DNA from: Patescibacteria group bacterium
GTDB taxonomy: Bacteria > Patescibacteriota > Minisyncoccia > Phycocordibacterales > Phycocordibacteraceae
Assembly (NCBI GenBank): GCA_040384725.1
Contig: JAZKIS010000002.1
Coordinates: 7,682-71,681, forward strand
Direction: 5' to 3'
Length of the DNA: 64,000 nt
Below the pieces are notes generated by a model, which saw only the letters and a program-made list of their open reading frames with translations, was not told the DNA's origin and searched no databases. Shown in pieces: positions 26,839 through 36,838 of the stretch. The translations under genes were made by a program, and so were the position numbers. Within the stretch, counting starts at the first letter, position 1. The number at the start of each line of letters is the position of its first letter.

Positions 26839-27453
26839 ATGAAAATCGGACCTAAGTACAAGATCGCGAAGCGCCTCGGCGCATCCGTCTTCGAGAAGAC
26901 CCAGACCCAGAAGTTCGCTATCGCGGAAGAGCGCGCTGCGCGTAACAAGAAGGGACGTCGCCAGAACCAGACTGAGTTCGGCAAGCAGCTCCTTGAGAAG
27001 CAGAAGGTACGCATGACTTACGGCCTTTCTGAGCGCCAGTTCTCGAACTACGTCGCGACCGCAACGTCCACCCACTCGGCCCCTCCGGCTCAGACCCTCC
27101 ACCGCCTTCTTGAGCTCCGTCTCGACAACATCGCGTATCGCCTCGGGTTGGCCCCGACGCGCCGTGCTGCTCGCCAGATGGTCTCGCACGGTCACCTCAC
27201 GGTGAACGGCGTGAAGACCACGATTCCGTCGCGTGCGATGAAGATCGGTGACAAGATCGCGGTTCGCGAAGGTTCGAAGAGTGCGGTGCTGTTCGAGAAT
27301 TTCGCCGAGAAGTTCCTAGAGCGCCCGACCCTGTCGCCGTGGCTTTCATGGAATCCTAAGGCGATGGAGGGCAGTGTGAACGAGGTTCCGACCGAGGAGG
27401 CAGCGTCTCCTGCAGGCGATCTCGTTGCGGTGCTCTCGTTCTACAGCCGCTAG
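26839..27453 (+). CDS. rpsD: ribosomal protein S4
   Basis: MKIGPKYKIAKRLG...; S4 RNA-binding domain RLDNIAYRLGLAPTRRAARQMVSHGHLTVNG. Confidence 0.93.
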   Translation: MKIGPKYKIAKRLGASVFEKTQTQKFAIAEERAARNKKGRRQNQTEFGKQLLEKQKVRMTYGLSERQFSNYVATATSTHSAPPAQTLHRLLELRLDNIAYRLGLAPTRRAARQMVSHGHLTVNGVKTTIPSRAMKIGDKIAVREGSKSAVLFENFAEKFLERPTLSPWLSWNPKAMEGSVNEVPTEEAASPAGDLVAVLSFYSR

Positions 27454-27500
27454 TCTTTATACGTTTTTCAGCTTTATTGTTGGTTTAATCTGATTGAGTT

Positions 27501-28454
27501 ATGGAATACCACATCACGCTCCCGTCGAAGCCCCGTGTCGTCTCAGAAGAAGGCGTTCAGGGCGTTTATGAGATCGATTCTCTGTACCCAGGCTACGGCC
27601 ATACCCTCGGCAACTCGCTTCGCCGCATCATCCACGCATCGCTTCCGGGCGCTGCAGTTACCTCCGTTAAGATCGAGGGCGTCTCGCACGAGTTCGCTAC
27701 CATGGACGGCGTGCGCGAGTCCGTCATGGAGGTGCTTCTTAACTTGAAGCGCGTGCACTTCTCGCTTCACGGCGATGAGGCGCAGACCATTTCGCTCTCG
27801 GTTAAGGGACCGAAGCAGGTTACCGCTGCTGATTTCAAGCTTCCGTCTCAGGTAGAGATCGCGAACCCTGACATGCACATCGCGGACATCTCCGGAAAGG
27901 TAGCATTCGAGCTCGAGGCAACCATCGAGCGCGGCCTCGGCTACGTACCGCGCGAGACTCTTACGAAGGAGAAGGTTGATATCGGCACCATCGCGCTCGA
28001 TGCCACGTTCACCCCTATCCGCCGCGTTAACTACGAGGTAGAGAACATGCGCGTTGGCGACCGTACGGACTTCAACCGTCTCCGCATGCTCATCGAGACG
28101 AACGGTACGATCTCTCCTCGCGAGGCGCTCGAGCGCTCTATCGAGACCATGATCCAGCAGCTTTCCGCGGTTATCGGATTCCAGGACTCCCGTGAAGAGT
28201 CTGCAGATTCCTCTTCGAAGGCTGTCGCTGACGACAAGTCGGCAGGAAAGGATCCTGCGAAGGTGAAGGTTGAGGAGCTAGAGCTCGGGGGCCGCGTAAC
28301 AACCGCCCTTCAGGACGCAGGTATCAAGAGCGTTGCCGGCCTCGTTAAGAAGACGTCCGCTCAGCTCCTTGAGCTTGACGGCGTCGGCGAGAAGGCCGTC
28401 GTTGATATCTCTGAGGCCCTCGACAAGCTCGGACTCGAGCTTAAAGGCGAGTAA
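27501..28454 (+). CDS. rpoA: DNA-directed RNA polymerase alpha subunit
   Basis: N-terminal dimerisation domain and C-terminal alpha-CTD HhH (LELGGRVTTALQDAGIKSVAGLV). Confidence 0.95.
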   Translation: MEYHITLPSKPRVVSEEGVQGVYEIDSLYPGYGHTLGNSLRRIIHASLPGAAVTSVKIEGVSHEFATMDGVRESVMEVLLNLKRVHFSLHGDEAQTISLSVKGPKQVTAADFKLPSQVEIANPDMHIADISGKVAFELEATIERGLGYVPRETLTKEKVDIGTIALDATFTPIRRVNYEVENMRVGDRTDFNRLRMLIETNGTISPREALERSIETMIQQLSAVIGFQDSREESADSSSKAVADDKSAGKDPAKVKVEELELGGRVTTALQDAGIKSVAGLVKKTSAQLLELDGVGEKAVVDISEALDKLGLELKGE

Positions 28455-28491
28455 TTTGGACGCCGTAAGGAATTCGTGTTAAAAAAGATAT

Positions 28492-28845
28492 ATGCGCCAT
28501 CATCACAAAGGAAGGACGTTCGGACGACCGCATGACCAGCGCGTAGCGTTGATGCGTTCCCTGATGCGTTCCCTCATCATCCACGAGCGCATCTCGACGA
28601 CCGAGGCAAAGGCTAAGGAGCTCCGCCCGATCATCGAGAAGCTCGTATCCCACGCCCGCGTGGACTCGGTGGCTAACCGCCGCCTCGTGGCTGCACGCCT
28701 CGGCAACGATGACGAGTCGACCGCGAAGCTCTTCGCGACGATCGCTCCTCGCTATACCGAGCGTCCTGGTGGCTACACCCGTATCGTGAAGCGTGCTGCA
28801 ACCGCGACCGACGGACGTAAGCAGGCCTACATCGCATTCGTATAA
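28492..28845 (+). CDS. rplQ: ribosomal protein L17
   Basis: MRHHHKGRTFGRPHDQRVALMRSLMRSLIIHERISTT canonical L17. Confidence 0.95.
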   Translation: MRHHHKGRTFGRPHDQRVALMRSLMRSLIIHERISTTEAKAKELRPIIEKLVSHARVDSVANRRLVAARLGNDDESTAKLFATIAPRYTERPGGYTRIVKRAATATDGRKQAYIAFV

Positions 28846-28849
28846 CATC

Positions 28850-29227
28850 ATGACTACCACTAAGACCCAGAAAGGAGAGCGCACGCTCTACACCATCGAC
28901 GCCACAGGAGGCGCACTCGGACGCGTCGCGTCTGAAGCGGCTTCCGTACTTCTCGGAAAGAAGTCTGCGAACTACATGCAGAACGAGGTCATGCCGGTTG
29001 AGGTTGAGATCGTGAACGCGTCGAAGCTCGTCATGACGGAGAAGCGCATCGCTGGCAAGGAGTACACCCGCTACACGGGCTACCCAGGCGGCCTTCGCAT
29101 TACTTCGCTCGCAAACCTCCTTCAGAAGAAGGGTGTCGGCGAGGCACTCTGGAAGGCTGTTGACGGGATGATCCCACGCAACAAGCTTCGCAAGGAGCGC
29201 ATGAAGCGTCTTACCATAACTGATTAA
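28850..29227 (+). CDS. rplM: ribosomal protein L13
   Basis: MTTTKTQKGERTLYTIDATGGALGRVASEAASVLLGK canonical L13; start at an internal ATG 2 nt after the rplQ stop. Confidence 0.93.
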   Translation: MTTTKTQKGERTLYTIDATGGALGRVASEAASVLLGKKSANYMQNEVMPVEVEIVNASKLVMTEKRIAGKEYTRYTGYPGGLRITSLANLLQKKGVGEALWKAVDGMIPRNKLRKERMKRLTITD

Positions 29228-29228
29228 T

Positions 29229-29633
29229 ATGCCCGAGAACACCCAGAACTACGTCACCGCCGTCGGACGCCGCAAAACGGCATCCGCACGCGTGAAGCTG
29301 ACTCCCGCGGACAAGAACTCAGTTACAGTTAACGGCATGGATGCGCGTGAGTATTTCAATACCGCAGAGCGCGAGTCCGTTACCGGAGACGCCTTCCGCG
29401 TCGAGGAGCATAAGAACAACTACGAGGTTATGGCGCGCGTCCAGGGTGGCGGCAAGAGCGCTCAGGCCGTAGCGGTTCGTCACGCGATCTCGCGCGCGCT
29501 CACTCTCATCGAGGAGGGTAGCCGTCCCGCTCTTAAGGCTGCAGGCTTCCTCAAGCGCGATCCTCGTGCTGTGGAGCGCAAGAAGCCAGGTCTTCGTAAG
29601 GCACGCAAGAGTCCTCAGTGGTCCAAGCGTTAG
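29229..29633 (+). CDS. rpsI: ribosomal protein S9
   Basis: YVTAVGRRKTASARVKL...C-terminal ...KARKSPQWSKR. Confidence 0.95.
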   Translation: MPENTQNYVTAVGRRKTASARVKLTPADKNSVTVNGMDAREYFNTAERESVTGDAFRVEEHKNNYEVMARVQGGGKSAQAVAVRHAISRALTLIEEGSRPALKAAGFLKRDPRAVERKKPGLRKARKSPQWSKR

Positions 29634-29650
29634 TTTTCCTATCGAACGTC

Positions 29651-29690
29651 GATCAAAGGCTCCAGATATGGAGCCTTTGATCGTTTGTTG
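29651..29690 (+). terminator. Rho-independent terminator of the ribosomal alpha operon
   Basis: GATCAAAGGCTCC-agatat-GGAGCCTTTGATC perfect 13-bp stem then GTTTGTTG. Confidence 0.85.
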
Positions 29691-29756
29691 ACGGCATGCC
29701 GGGAGCCATGTAATCTCCCCATAGACTCTGTACTCTGTCAATTGGAGGACTTCCCC

Positions 29757-30599
29757 GTGATAAATCGAAAGAAGCTTTGGGCGGCGGTCCTCACTAGTTG
29801 GGGATACACGCTCATGGGCATGTTCAACATCCTGTTCATGTGCGTGCTGGCTACGGTCATAGCGTCTCGGGTCATCGGGCCCGAGGCGATCATGCTGCTG
29901 CTCATGCCTGCCCTCGCACTCATGTTCGCTACGTTCATGCTGGGCGAGGTGGTCGTGAACTTCTACATGAACGCCGAGACGCCGCACCCAATCAGGGATA
30001 AGCGGTATCTGGACGCGGTCAGGAGCGTGTCTCGAAAGGCGCGCATGCTGATCCGTCCTCGCGCATGGATCGTCTCCATCGGAGGCAAGCCGAACGCGAT
30101 GGCCTACGGCCCCGGCCTGCCGTTCATGGCAGCGATCGGCGTGAGCCGTGAGCTGATCGACATGCTCGATCAGGAAGAGCTCGAAGCCGTGCTCGCGCAC
30201 GAGTTCGGGCACATCAGGTGTCGGGATACCGGCATCCTCGCGATCATAAGCCTTATCTTAGGACTCATAAACAAGCTGCATGGAGCACTGAAGGTCCGAA
30301 CGGCCCTCTTGCTTCAGAATCCCTTGTTGTTCGTGCTGGGTTGGGTCGTATACCTGCTCGGCAAGATCGCGACCTACGTGTCTCGATTCTCTGTCTCGCA
30401 GGAACGCGAACTCGCAGCCGATGCGTTAAGTGCCTATTACATGGATACGCCGGAACCGCTCATACGCGCGCTGACGAAGCTCGATGCTTCGCACGCACGA
30501 AGGGACGAGTCCGAGAGACCCATGTTCGAAGAGCTTATGCTCGCTCATCCCGGTCTTGAGGAACGTATCGCGTCCCTCAGATCCCTCACCACTGCTTAA
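29757..30599 (+). CDS. M48 family zinc metallopeptidase (HtpX/Ste24-like), membrane
   Basis: HExxH in AVLAHEFGHIRCRD; four TM segments; GTG start with SD GGAGGA 8 nt upstream, chosen because the longer ORF would run through the terminator. Confidence 0.8.
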   Translation: MINRKKLWAAVLTSWGYTLMGMFNILFMCVLATVIASRVIGPEAIMLLLMPALALMFATFMLGEVVVNFYMNAETPHPIRDKRYLDAVRSVSRKARMLIRPRAWIVSIGGKPNAMAYGPGLPFMAAIGVSRELIDMLDQEELEAVLAHEFGHIRCRDTGILAIISLILGLINKLHGALKVRTALLLQNPLLFVLGWVVYLLGKIATYVSRFSVSQERELAADALSAYYMDTPEPLIRALTKLDASHARRDESERPMFEELMLAHPGLEERIASLRSLTTA

Positions 30600-30608
30600 G
30601 GAGAAGCA

Positions 30609-32186
30609 ATGACTACCCACTCAACTCGCCATCACGGGAAGGCGAAGGTGGCACTGGTGAACCTTGCGGTTACCGGTGTCGTCCTCGTCGGCATGTATTT
30701 CCTGTTTCCGAGCATCCTGCAGGACCTGGTCTTCGACCTGGGCATTCGGAAAGGGTGGTATGTGCTGCCCTGGCTCATCGTCGGCGCGGTCGCCCTGAGC
30801 TATTACCGGAATCATCCGGGCATCGGGCCGCACAACGTCGCGGAGCACCGACGGCCGCTCGCGGTCCTGGTGACGCTCGTGGTCCTTGCCGCGATCGCAA
30901 ACATTGGGGTGTTCGCGACCTTCGACCTCATGGCTTACCGGCTCGAGGTCGGGAGGTTCGCACCCCGTCAGGGGCTCATTCCAGCGTCGGTGGAGGCGAC
31001 GAGGTTCACACCTCGCGCAAACGCCTGCACTGACATGAGCAACTCAGTGTCGGCGACCGGCGAGCATGTGGACTGCAAGTATGTCCAACCCATGATCACT
31101 GATCACGGCTTCGGCTACGTCGCGCCCATCACTCCGTCAGGGATAATCAATACATTCCTGTCGAAGAACCCGGGCTTCCTCAGGCTCGACGACGCAGCAT
31201 CGGTGAACGGCGATCCGACCAGGCGACTGGTTCGGATCGACGAACGCCAAGAAGTCGGCCAAGGCATGCACTGGTTCGATGACGTGAAGTATGTGCTCGC
31301 TCGCACCGACTTCTTCGCCAGCTACGATACGCCGCATTTCCTCGCGCTCGATCCGACGACGCCCGACGTTCTCACGCTGGTCGTTCCGAAGATCAAGTAT
31401 CGGTATTTCCGATTCCCGTACTGGGGCGGCGTCGTGCTCATCCATTCGGATGGGCGCGTCGAGAACCTGTCGGCGGACGAGGCGATGAAGGATCCCCGGC
31501 TCGCCGGGAAGTGGATCTATCCGCTCAGCCTCGCGCGGCGGTATGTGAAGCTTCAGAACTACGCGGCGGGCCACGGCATTATGACGCCGTTCGTCCGTCT
31601 CGTCGGGAAGTTCCAGATCGAAGACATCCCGGGGAATAACGAGTTCCCGCTTCTGACGCGCGGCGCCGATGGGAGAACCTATCTCGTCACCGCGACCAAA
31701 GGGGAAGGGTCGGCCAAAGGCCTGTTCCGGATGTATTTCACTGACGCCACGACGGGCCGGACGACCTATCATCAGTTCGGCTCGCACGAGGTCGTGTACG
31801 GCGTGGGCGCGTCGCTTGACCGCATCACCAATATCCCGGGCTACCAGTGGCGACACGGGGACACCGGGGTGATGGAGGCGATCGAGCCGGTGTATATCGT
31901 TCGCCAGCACGATCCGACCTTGTACTGGAAGTTCACCATCACCAATCTGGACCACTCGGGCATCTCCGCAACTGCGGTTGCGAACGCTTCGAGACCTGAT
32001 GACGTGCGGGTGTTCACCAGGAGGGCTGATTTCGAGGCCTGGCTGCGGGGCACGGAGACCGGACCTTCCGGCCAAGGTGCTCAACAGCAAGGCACACCGG
32101 AGCAGGCCATGCTTGCGACGCTTGCCGGGCTCGAGGCCCAGCTGAAGACTCTGCGCGAGCAGGTCACAGCGCTTCCGGGCGACTAG
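30609..32186 (+). CDS. hypothetical membrane protein (high GC, N-terminal TMs, C-terminal coiled coil)
   Basis: 525-aa ORF with SD AAGGAGAAG; GC clearly higher than flanks; no recognisable motifs. Confidence 0.55.
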   Translation: MTTHSTRHHGKAKVALVNLAVTGVVLVGMYFLFPSILQDLVFDLGIRKGWYVLPWLIVGAVALSYYRNHPGIGPHNVAEHRRPLAVLVTLVVLAAIANIGVFATFDLMAYRLEVGRFAPRQGLIPASVEATRFTPRANACTDMSNSVSATGEHVDCKYVQPMITDHGFGYVAPITPSGIINTFLSKNPGFLRLDDAASVNGDPTRRLVRIDERQEVGQGMHWFDDVKYVLARTDFFASYDTPHFLALDPTTPDVLTLVVPKIKYRYFRFPYWGGVVLIHSDGRVENLSADEAMKDPRLAGKWIYPLSLARRYVKLQNYAAGHGIMTPFVRLVGKFQIEDIPGNNEFPLLTRGADGRTYLVTATKGEGSAKGLFRMYFTDATTGRTTYHQFGSHEVVYGVGASLDRITNIPGYQWRHGDTGVMEAIEPVYIVRQHDPTLYWKFTITNLDHSGISATAVANASRPDDVRVFTRRADFEAWLRGTETGPSGQGAQQQGTPEQAMLATLAGLEAQLKTLREQVTALPGD

Positions 32187-32279
32187 CTCTTGACGACGAT
32201 GCCGCAGACTTCTGGTCTGCGGCATTTTCCTTGCCAGGATCCTAAGGAAGGGTATGATTTTCCTAGAGGAGGACCAGAG

Positions 32280-32477
32280 ATGGCCACAGCAAGAGACTGC
32301 GAGTGCGGAAGGCGCATCATGGTGTTCCAACGGGGCAAGGGCATGGTGCCCGCTCCGGACAAGAACCATGATCTCTGCCAGAAATGCTGGGATGCCCTGT
32401 TGGCGTCCTTCGCGAGAAAGGCCCAGGAATTCTTCCGTGGCATTATGTCAGCCCTAGGAATGAATCTGCGCCGGTGA
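32280..32477 (+). CDS. hypothetical small zinc-ribbon-like protein (CxC...CxxC)
   Basis: 65-aa ORF MATARDCECGRRIMVFQRGKG...HDLCQKCWDAL with SD GGAGGA 6 nt upstream. Confidence 0.5.
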   Translation: MATARDCECGRRIMVFQRGKGMVPAPDKNHDLCQKCWDALLASFARKAQEFFRGIMSALGMNLRR

Positions 32478-32484
32478 TTTCGAA

Positions 32485-32520
32485 AGGGGGCCTTGCGTTT
32501 GCAAGGCCCCCTTCTTCATA
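32485..32520 (+). terminator. Rho-independent terminator
   Basis: AAGGGGGCCTTGC-gttt-GCAAGGCCCCCTT then CTTCAT. Confidence 0.75.
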
Positions 32521-32570
32521 GCTTCCTAAGGAAGTGTCGGGGTATCCTTACAGGACTAACCCAAACAAGC

Positions 32571-32963
32571 ATGAAAGGATTCATAAACGACATCGAAGCG
32601 GAGACCCTAGAGAACAAGAATTTCCGTAAGGTGCTCTACACCGCGTCGTACATGCAGCTCGTGTTGATGAGCATTCCGGTCGGAGAAGACATCGGAGAGG
32701 AAGTGCACGGCCAGGACCAGTTCATCCGTATAGAGGCCGGGAGCGGGCAAGCAATCCTAGACGATGTCTCGCACGATATCGCGGACGGCTCAGCTATCGT
32801 TATACCGGCGGGCACCAAGCACAATATCGTAAACGGCGGACACGAGGACCTAAAGCTCTATTCGATATACGCGACACCGCATCACAAGGATGACGTCGTG
32901 CATAAGACGAAAGCTGATGCGGAGAAGGATGAGGAAGAGTTCCTCGGGGATACGACCGAATAA
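32571..32963 (+). CDS. cupin domain protein
   Basis: Two-motif cupin pattern: GEEVHGQDQFIRIEAGSG ... AIVIPAGTKHNIVNGGHEDLKLY. Confidence 0.7.
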   Translation: MKGFINDIEAETLENKNFRKVLYTASYMQLVLMSIPVGEDIGEEVHGQDQFIRIEAGSGQAILDDVSHDIADGSAIVIPAGTKHNIVNGGHEDLKLYSIYATPHHKDDVVHKTKADAEKDEEEFLGDTTE

Positions 32964-32964
32964 G

Positions 32965-33002
32965 GAAGGGTTCGATTCCTAGCCTCCCAGCACTGCTATA
33001 AT
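32965..33002 (+). repeat. copy g (divergent) of the intergenic repeat family
   Basis: GAAGGGTTCGATTCCTAGCCTCCCAGCACTGCTATAAT. Confidence 0.35.
32994..33002 (+). promoter_or_regulatory. extended -10 (TGcTATAAT) 7 nt upstream of ATG, leaderless promoter
   Basis: TGCTATAAT then tcaggtc-ATG. Confidence 0.5.
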
Positions 33003-33009
33003 TCAGGTC

Positions 33010-33510
33010 ATGAGCGAACACATGGGTCGACCAGAAAGTAGGGAGAGAATAAGCGCTCCACTTGTAATCAGCGGATTTCCTGGAATTGGAAAAAGTACCC
33101 TGTTCGAAAACTCGGGCGAGTGTTCGTACTCAGATAGCGACTCAACCAATTTTTCGTGGAAAGATTCCAGCAAGCAGGAGCGTAACCCGGAATGGCCGAA
33201 AAACTATATTGATCACATTAGGTCAAATACTTCTAAAAACGATGCTTTATTCGTTTCGACTCATAAAGAAACTCGTGATGCGCTCAAGTCCTCCAACATC
33301 CCATTTGTCCTGGTCTACCCATCACTCGAGATGAAAGAAGAATATATACAACGGTATATAGACCGAGGGAGTGATGAGAAATTTATTGAATTGTTACGGA
33401 ATAATTATGAATCATGGGTTACAGAACTTATGACTCAAGAGGGATGTAAGCACGTGGTTCTGAAACCAGGTCAGTATCTTTCTGACGTTATGGAACAGAT
33501 AAGGACTTAG
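33010..33510 (+). CDS. P-loop NTPase/kinase-like protein (low GC, probably acquired)
   Basis: Walker A ISGFPGIGKST; AT-rich codon usage (~42% GC) unlike neighbours. Confidence 0.6.
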   Translation: MSEHMGRPESRERISAPLVISGFPGIGKSTLFENSGECSYSDSDSTNFSWKDSSKQERNPEWPKNYIDHIRSNTSKNDALFVSTHKETRDALKSSNIPFVLVYPSLEMKEEYIQRYIDRGSDEKFIELLRNNYESWVTELMTQEGCKHVVLKPGQYLSDVMEQIRT

Positions 33511-33517
33511 AGAATTA

Positions 33518-33553
33518 GAAAAGTTTCAACATCGTCCCAGACCCGGTAAGGAC
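33518..33553 (+). repeat. copy e of the intergenic repeat family
   Basis: GAAAAGTTTCAACATCGTCCCAGACCCGGTAAGGAC. Confidence 0.45.
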
Positions 33554-33582
33554 TTCTCCTATATGGCGTCTATACTAGTAGT

Positions 33583-34134
33583 ATGAAAAACCCATTCGTA
33601 TTCCTAGCGATAGCTCTGGCAATGTTCGCAATTCCCGCCATAACCAAGGCGGAGAGTCCGATGATGTGCACCATGCAGTACGATCCGGTCTGTGGCACGG
33701 AAAAGGGTGTCTATAAGACCTACGGGAACGGATGCGTGCTTGGTGCAGAAGGCGCTACCTATCAGCACGAGGGCGAATGCACAGCGACGGAACTTAATGG
33801 AGAGCAGGAGGGAACCTATACGCCGCCCGCACACTGCACCGCATGGTTTGACGGTTGCAACAGCTGCAGCAGGAACGCGAACGGCCAGAGCATGTGTACG
33901 CTCATGGCATGCATGGGAGAGCCTAAGGCTGGGTACTGTAGAGCGTATGGAGAGACACAGACCGAAGGACCTCCAGCACCTCCTAAAGGCAATGGATCGA
34001 GCGGCATCGTTACCCCTGCTGAAACCGTTGAGACAGACGTAGCGGTAGAGGCTACAACAACGGTTGAGACCGACCCGGGATTCTTCTTCGGGATCTGGAG
34101 GGCTATCACTGCCTGGTTCAGGGGATTCTTCTAA
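33583..34134 (+). CDS. secreted Cys-rich protein with Kazal-type inhibitor-like domain
   Basis: Signal peptide MKNPFVFLAIALAMFAIPAITKA; CTMQYDPVCGTEKGVYKTYGNGCVLGAEGATYQHEGEC follows the Kazal spacing (C..YxPVCGxxGxTYxNxC....GxC); second Cys-rich module; hydrophobic/aromatic C-terminus. Confidence 0.6.
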   Translation: MKNPFVFLAIALAMFAIPAITKAESPMMCTMQYDPVCGTEKGVYKTYGNGCVLGAEGATYQHEGECTATELNGEQEGTYTPPAHCTAWFDGCNSCSRNANGQSMCTLMACMGEPKAGYCRAYGETQTEGPPAPPKGNGSSGIVTPAETVETDVAVEATTTVETDPGFFFGIWRAITAWFRGFF

Positions 34135-34176
34135 TCTCTTTGACGGTCCTGTCCGTTTCGGGCATAGTCTTTGTAT

Positions 34177-34731
34177 ATGGATGAGAACGAAGACCTAACG
34201 ATAGAGCGCGACGGCTCTGAAGAAGACGGCATGAGCGAGGTTGAGCTCGAGGAACGCGAGTCCCGCGCTGACACGAAGCTCTCAAAGATCAAGAAAGAAC
34301 TTGATACCTGCAAGCAGGAGCGCCAGGAACACCTCGACGGATGGCAGCGTGCAAAGGCGGACTATGTGAACGCTCTGAAGCGCTTCGAAGAGGAACGCAT
34401 GGAGGCCGTAAAGCTCGGTACCGTTAAGGCGTCGCGTGCATTCATAACCGCCATGGACTCTCTTGCGCGCGCCGAGTCTGCAGGGGAGATCCCAGCATCC
34501 TTCCAGGCGATCGCAAAGCAGCTCCACGATGCCGCGAATTCGCTCGGACTCGAGACCTTCGGAGCAAGTGGAGAAGCATTCGATCCGATGCTGCATGAGG
34601 CCCTTGGCCAGGACCCGGTAGACGCGCAGGAGAAGGACGATACCGTAACGGCCGTGCTTGAGCCAGGATGGAAGGCAGGGGATCATGTGGTGCGTCCAGC
34701 CAAGGTTCGCGTCGGAAGCTTCGAAGGCTAG
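34177..34731 (+). CDS. grpE: nucleotide exchange factor GrpE
   Basis: Coiled-coil N-terminus, WQRAKADYVNALKR, C-terminal FDPMLHEALG...RPAKVRV. Confidence 0.9.
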   Translation: MDENEDLTIERDGSEEDGMSEVELEERESRADTKLSKIKKELDTCKQERQEHLDGWQRAKADYVNALKRFEEERMEAVKLGTVKASRAFITAMDSLARAESAGEIPASFQAIAKQLHDAANSLGLETFGASGEAFDPMLHEALGQDPVDAQEKDDTVTAVLEPGWKAGDHVVRPAKVRVGSFEG

Positions 34732-34826
34732 GGACTTGAACCCAGCTGCAGGAAGCGTAAAATAGAGGCACTTGGGCGCATGGGCGTTTTTGTAAGGGTT
34801 TCTCTAACAACCTAACTAATTTCACT

Positions 34827-36719
34827 ATGGGAAAGATTCTCGGTATCGATCTCGGCACGACCAACTCCGCCATGGCTATCATGGAGGGCGGCGAGCCGCG
34901 CGTTCTTGAGAACGCAGAGGGGACGCGCACGACCCCTTCGGTTGTTGCTATCGCGAAGAACGGCGAGCGCCTCGTGGGTACGCTCGCGAAGCGCCAGGCC
35001 GTTACAAATCCGAAGAACACCATCTACGGTATCAAGCGCTTCATGGGTCATGCCTTCAAGGATGATGTGGTGCAGAAGGACAAGGACGTGGTGCCGTACG
35101 AGATCAAAAGCGGACCGAACGGTGGCGTTGAGGTGCGCCTTAGCGACAAGGACTATCGTCCTGAGGAGGTTTCCGCGATGATTCTCTCTAAGATGAAAGC
35201 GGACGCCGAGAAGAAGCTCGGCGAGACCATCACGCAGGCGGTTATCACGGTACCTGCGTACTTCGATGACGCGCAGCGCGCGGCAACGAAGGCAGCCGGA
35301 CAGGTGGCGGGTCTCGAGGTTCTTCGCATCATCAATGAGCCGACAGCAGCGGCGCTCGCCTACGGCTTCAACAAGAAGAAGGAAGAGAAGATCGTGGTCT
35401 ACGACTTCGGAGGAGGTACGTTCGACGTATCCGTACTCGAGGTTGGCGACGATGTTATCGAAGTGAAGTCTACCGATGGCGACAGCCACATGGGCGGCCG
35501 CGATATCGACCAGAAGATCGTCCGGTACCTCGCGGACGAGTTTAAGAAAGAGTCGGGTATCGATGTCACGAAGGATCCACTCGCGCTCCAACGCCTCGAC
35601 GAAGGTGCAGAGAAAGCGAAGCACGAGCTATCTACGTCTTCAGAGACCGAAGTGAACATCCCGTTCATCACCGTTGGTTCTGACGGGAATCCGCAGCATC
35701 TTCTCGTTAAGCTTACGTGTGCGAACCTTGAGTCCCTTTCAGACGAGTACATCTCACGCTCGATCGATATAACGAAGCGTGCGCTCGAAGTGTCCGGTAT
35801 CAAGGCGTCTGACGTGAACGAGGTCATCCTCGTGGGCGGCCAGACCCGCATGCCAAAGATCCAGGAAGAGGTCGAGAAGCTCTTCGGCAAGAAGCCGCAC
35901 CGCGACGTGAACCCGGACGAGGTAGTTGCTATCGGTGCTGCTATCCAGGCAGGTATCCTCCAGGGCGACGTGAAGGACATCCTTCTCGTGGATGTTATTC
36001 CGCTCTCGCTCTCGATCGAGACCATGGGAGGCGTCGCGACGAAGCTCATCGAGCGCAATACAGCCGTGCCTACCTCGCGCAGCCAGACGTTCTCGACAGC
36101 GTCAGATAACCAGACGAGCGTAGAGATCCATGTCACGCAGGGCGAGCGCGCCATGGCAGCCGACAACAAGTCGCTCGGCCGCTTCATGCTCGACGGCATA
36201 CCGCCGGCTCCTCGCGGACTCCCGCAGGTAGAAGTCTCCTTCGACCTCGACACGAACGGCATCCTTACCGTTAAGGCGGTAGAGAAGACAACCGGCAAGG
36301 AACAGTCCATCCGCATCGAAGGTTCTACAGGACTCTCTGAAACTGACATCGAGAAGATGAAGGCTGACGCTGAGACGCACGCAGGAGAAGACGCGAAGCG
36401 AAAGGAGCTTGTAGAAGCGAAGAACCTCGCTGAGCAGATGATCTACACGGCAGAGAAAGCGGTGAAGGATGCAGGTGAGAAGGCTCCTGCCGAGGTTGTT
36501 ACCGAGGTGAACGAGAAGGTTGCAGCGCTCCGTACGGCACGTGACGGAGACGACATGGAAGCAATCAAGAATGCTTCTGAGGCTCTCTCCGGCTCGCTCT
36601 CAAAGATCGGCGAAGCAATGATGAAGGATCAGGGACAAGCGGCTCCGGAAGGCGAAGCAGCGCCTGACACTTCGGCAACCGATGCAGAGTTCAGCGAAGA
36701 GGAGAAGCCAAAAGAGTAA
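34827..36719 (+). CDS. dnaK: molecular chaperone DnaK (Hsp70)
   Basis: [22 protein letters not shown] (DLGGGTFD-type), EKAKHELS motifs. Confidence 0.97.
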   Translation: MGKILGIDLGTTNSAMAIMEGGEPRVLENAEGTRTTPSVVAIAKNGERLVGTLAKRQAVTNPKNTIYGIKRFMGHAFKDDVVQKDKDVVPYEIKSGPNGGVEVRLSDKDYRPEEVSAMILSKMKADAEKKLGETITQAVITVPAYFDDAQRAATKAAGQVAGLEVLRIINEPTAAALAYGFNKKKEEKIVVYDFGGGTFDVSVLEVGDDVIEVKSTDGDSHMGGRDIDQKIVRYLADEFKKESGIDVTKDPLALQRLDEGAEKAKHELSTSSETEVNIPFITVGSDGNPQHLLVKLTCANLESLSDEYISRSIDITKRALEVSGIKASDVNEVILVGGQTRMPKIQEEVEKLFGKKPHRDVNPDEVVAIGAAIQAGILQGDVKDILLVDVIPLSLSIETMGGVATKLIERNTAVPTSRSQTFSTASDNQTSVEIHVTQGERAMAADNKSLGRFMLDGIPPAPRGLPQVEVSFDLDTNGILTVKAVEKTTGKEQSIRIEGSTGLSETDIEKMKADAETHAGEDAKRKELVEAKNLAEQMIYTAEKAVKDAGEKAPAEVVTEVNEKVAALRTARDGDDMEAIKNASEALSGSLSKIGEAMMKDQGQAAPEGEAAPDTSATDAEFSEEEKPKE

Positions 36720-36734
36720 GGCATAAGGGATGTT

Positions 36735-36772
36735 GCAATAGCCATGACCTTGTCGTGGCTATTGACTTTTAG
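36735..36772 (+). terminator. intrinsic terminator after dnaK
   Basis: CAATAGCCA-11 nt loop-TGGCTATTG 9-bp stem then ACTTTTAG. Confidence 0.55.
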
Positions 36773-36838
36773 TACTAAATGGTGTATTGTTAGAACAACG
36801 TTTAATCAGCCTTCGGGCACGGATACGGAGTTCCTTCC

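Noticed and set aside
29685-29756. Longer N-terminal extension of the M48 peptidase ORF
   Set aside because: It would initiate inside the alpha-operon terminator hairpin and lacks an RBS; the GTG at 29757 has a GGAGGA SD 8 nt upstream.
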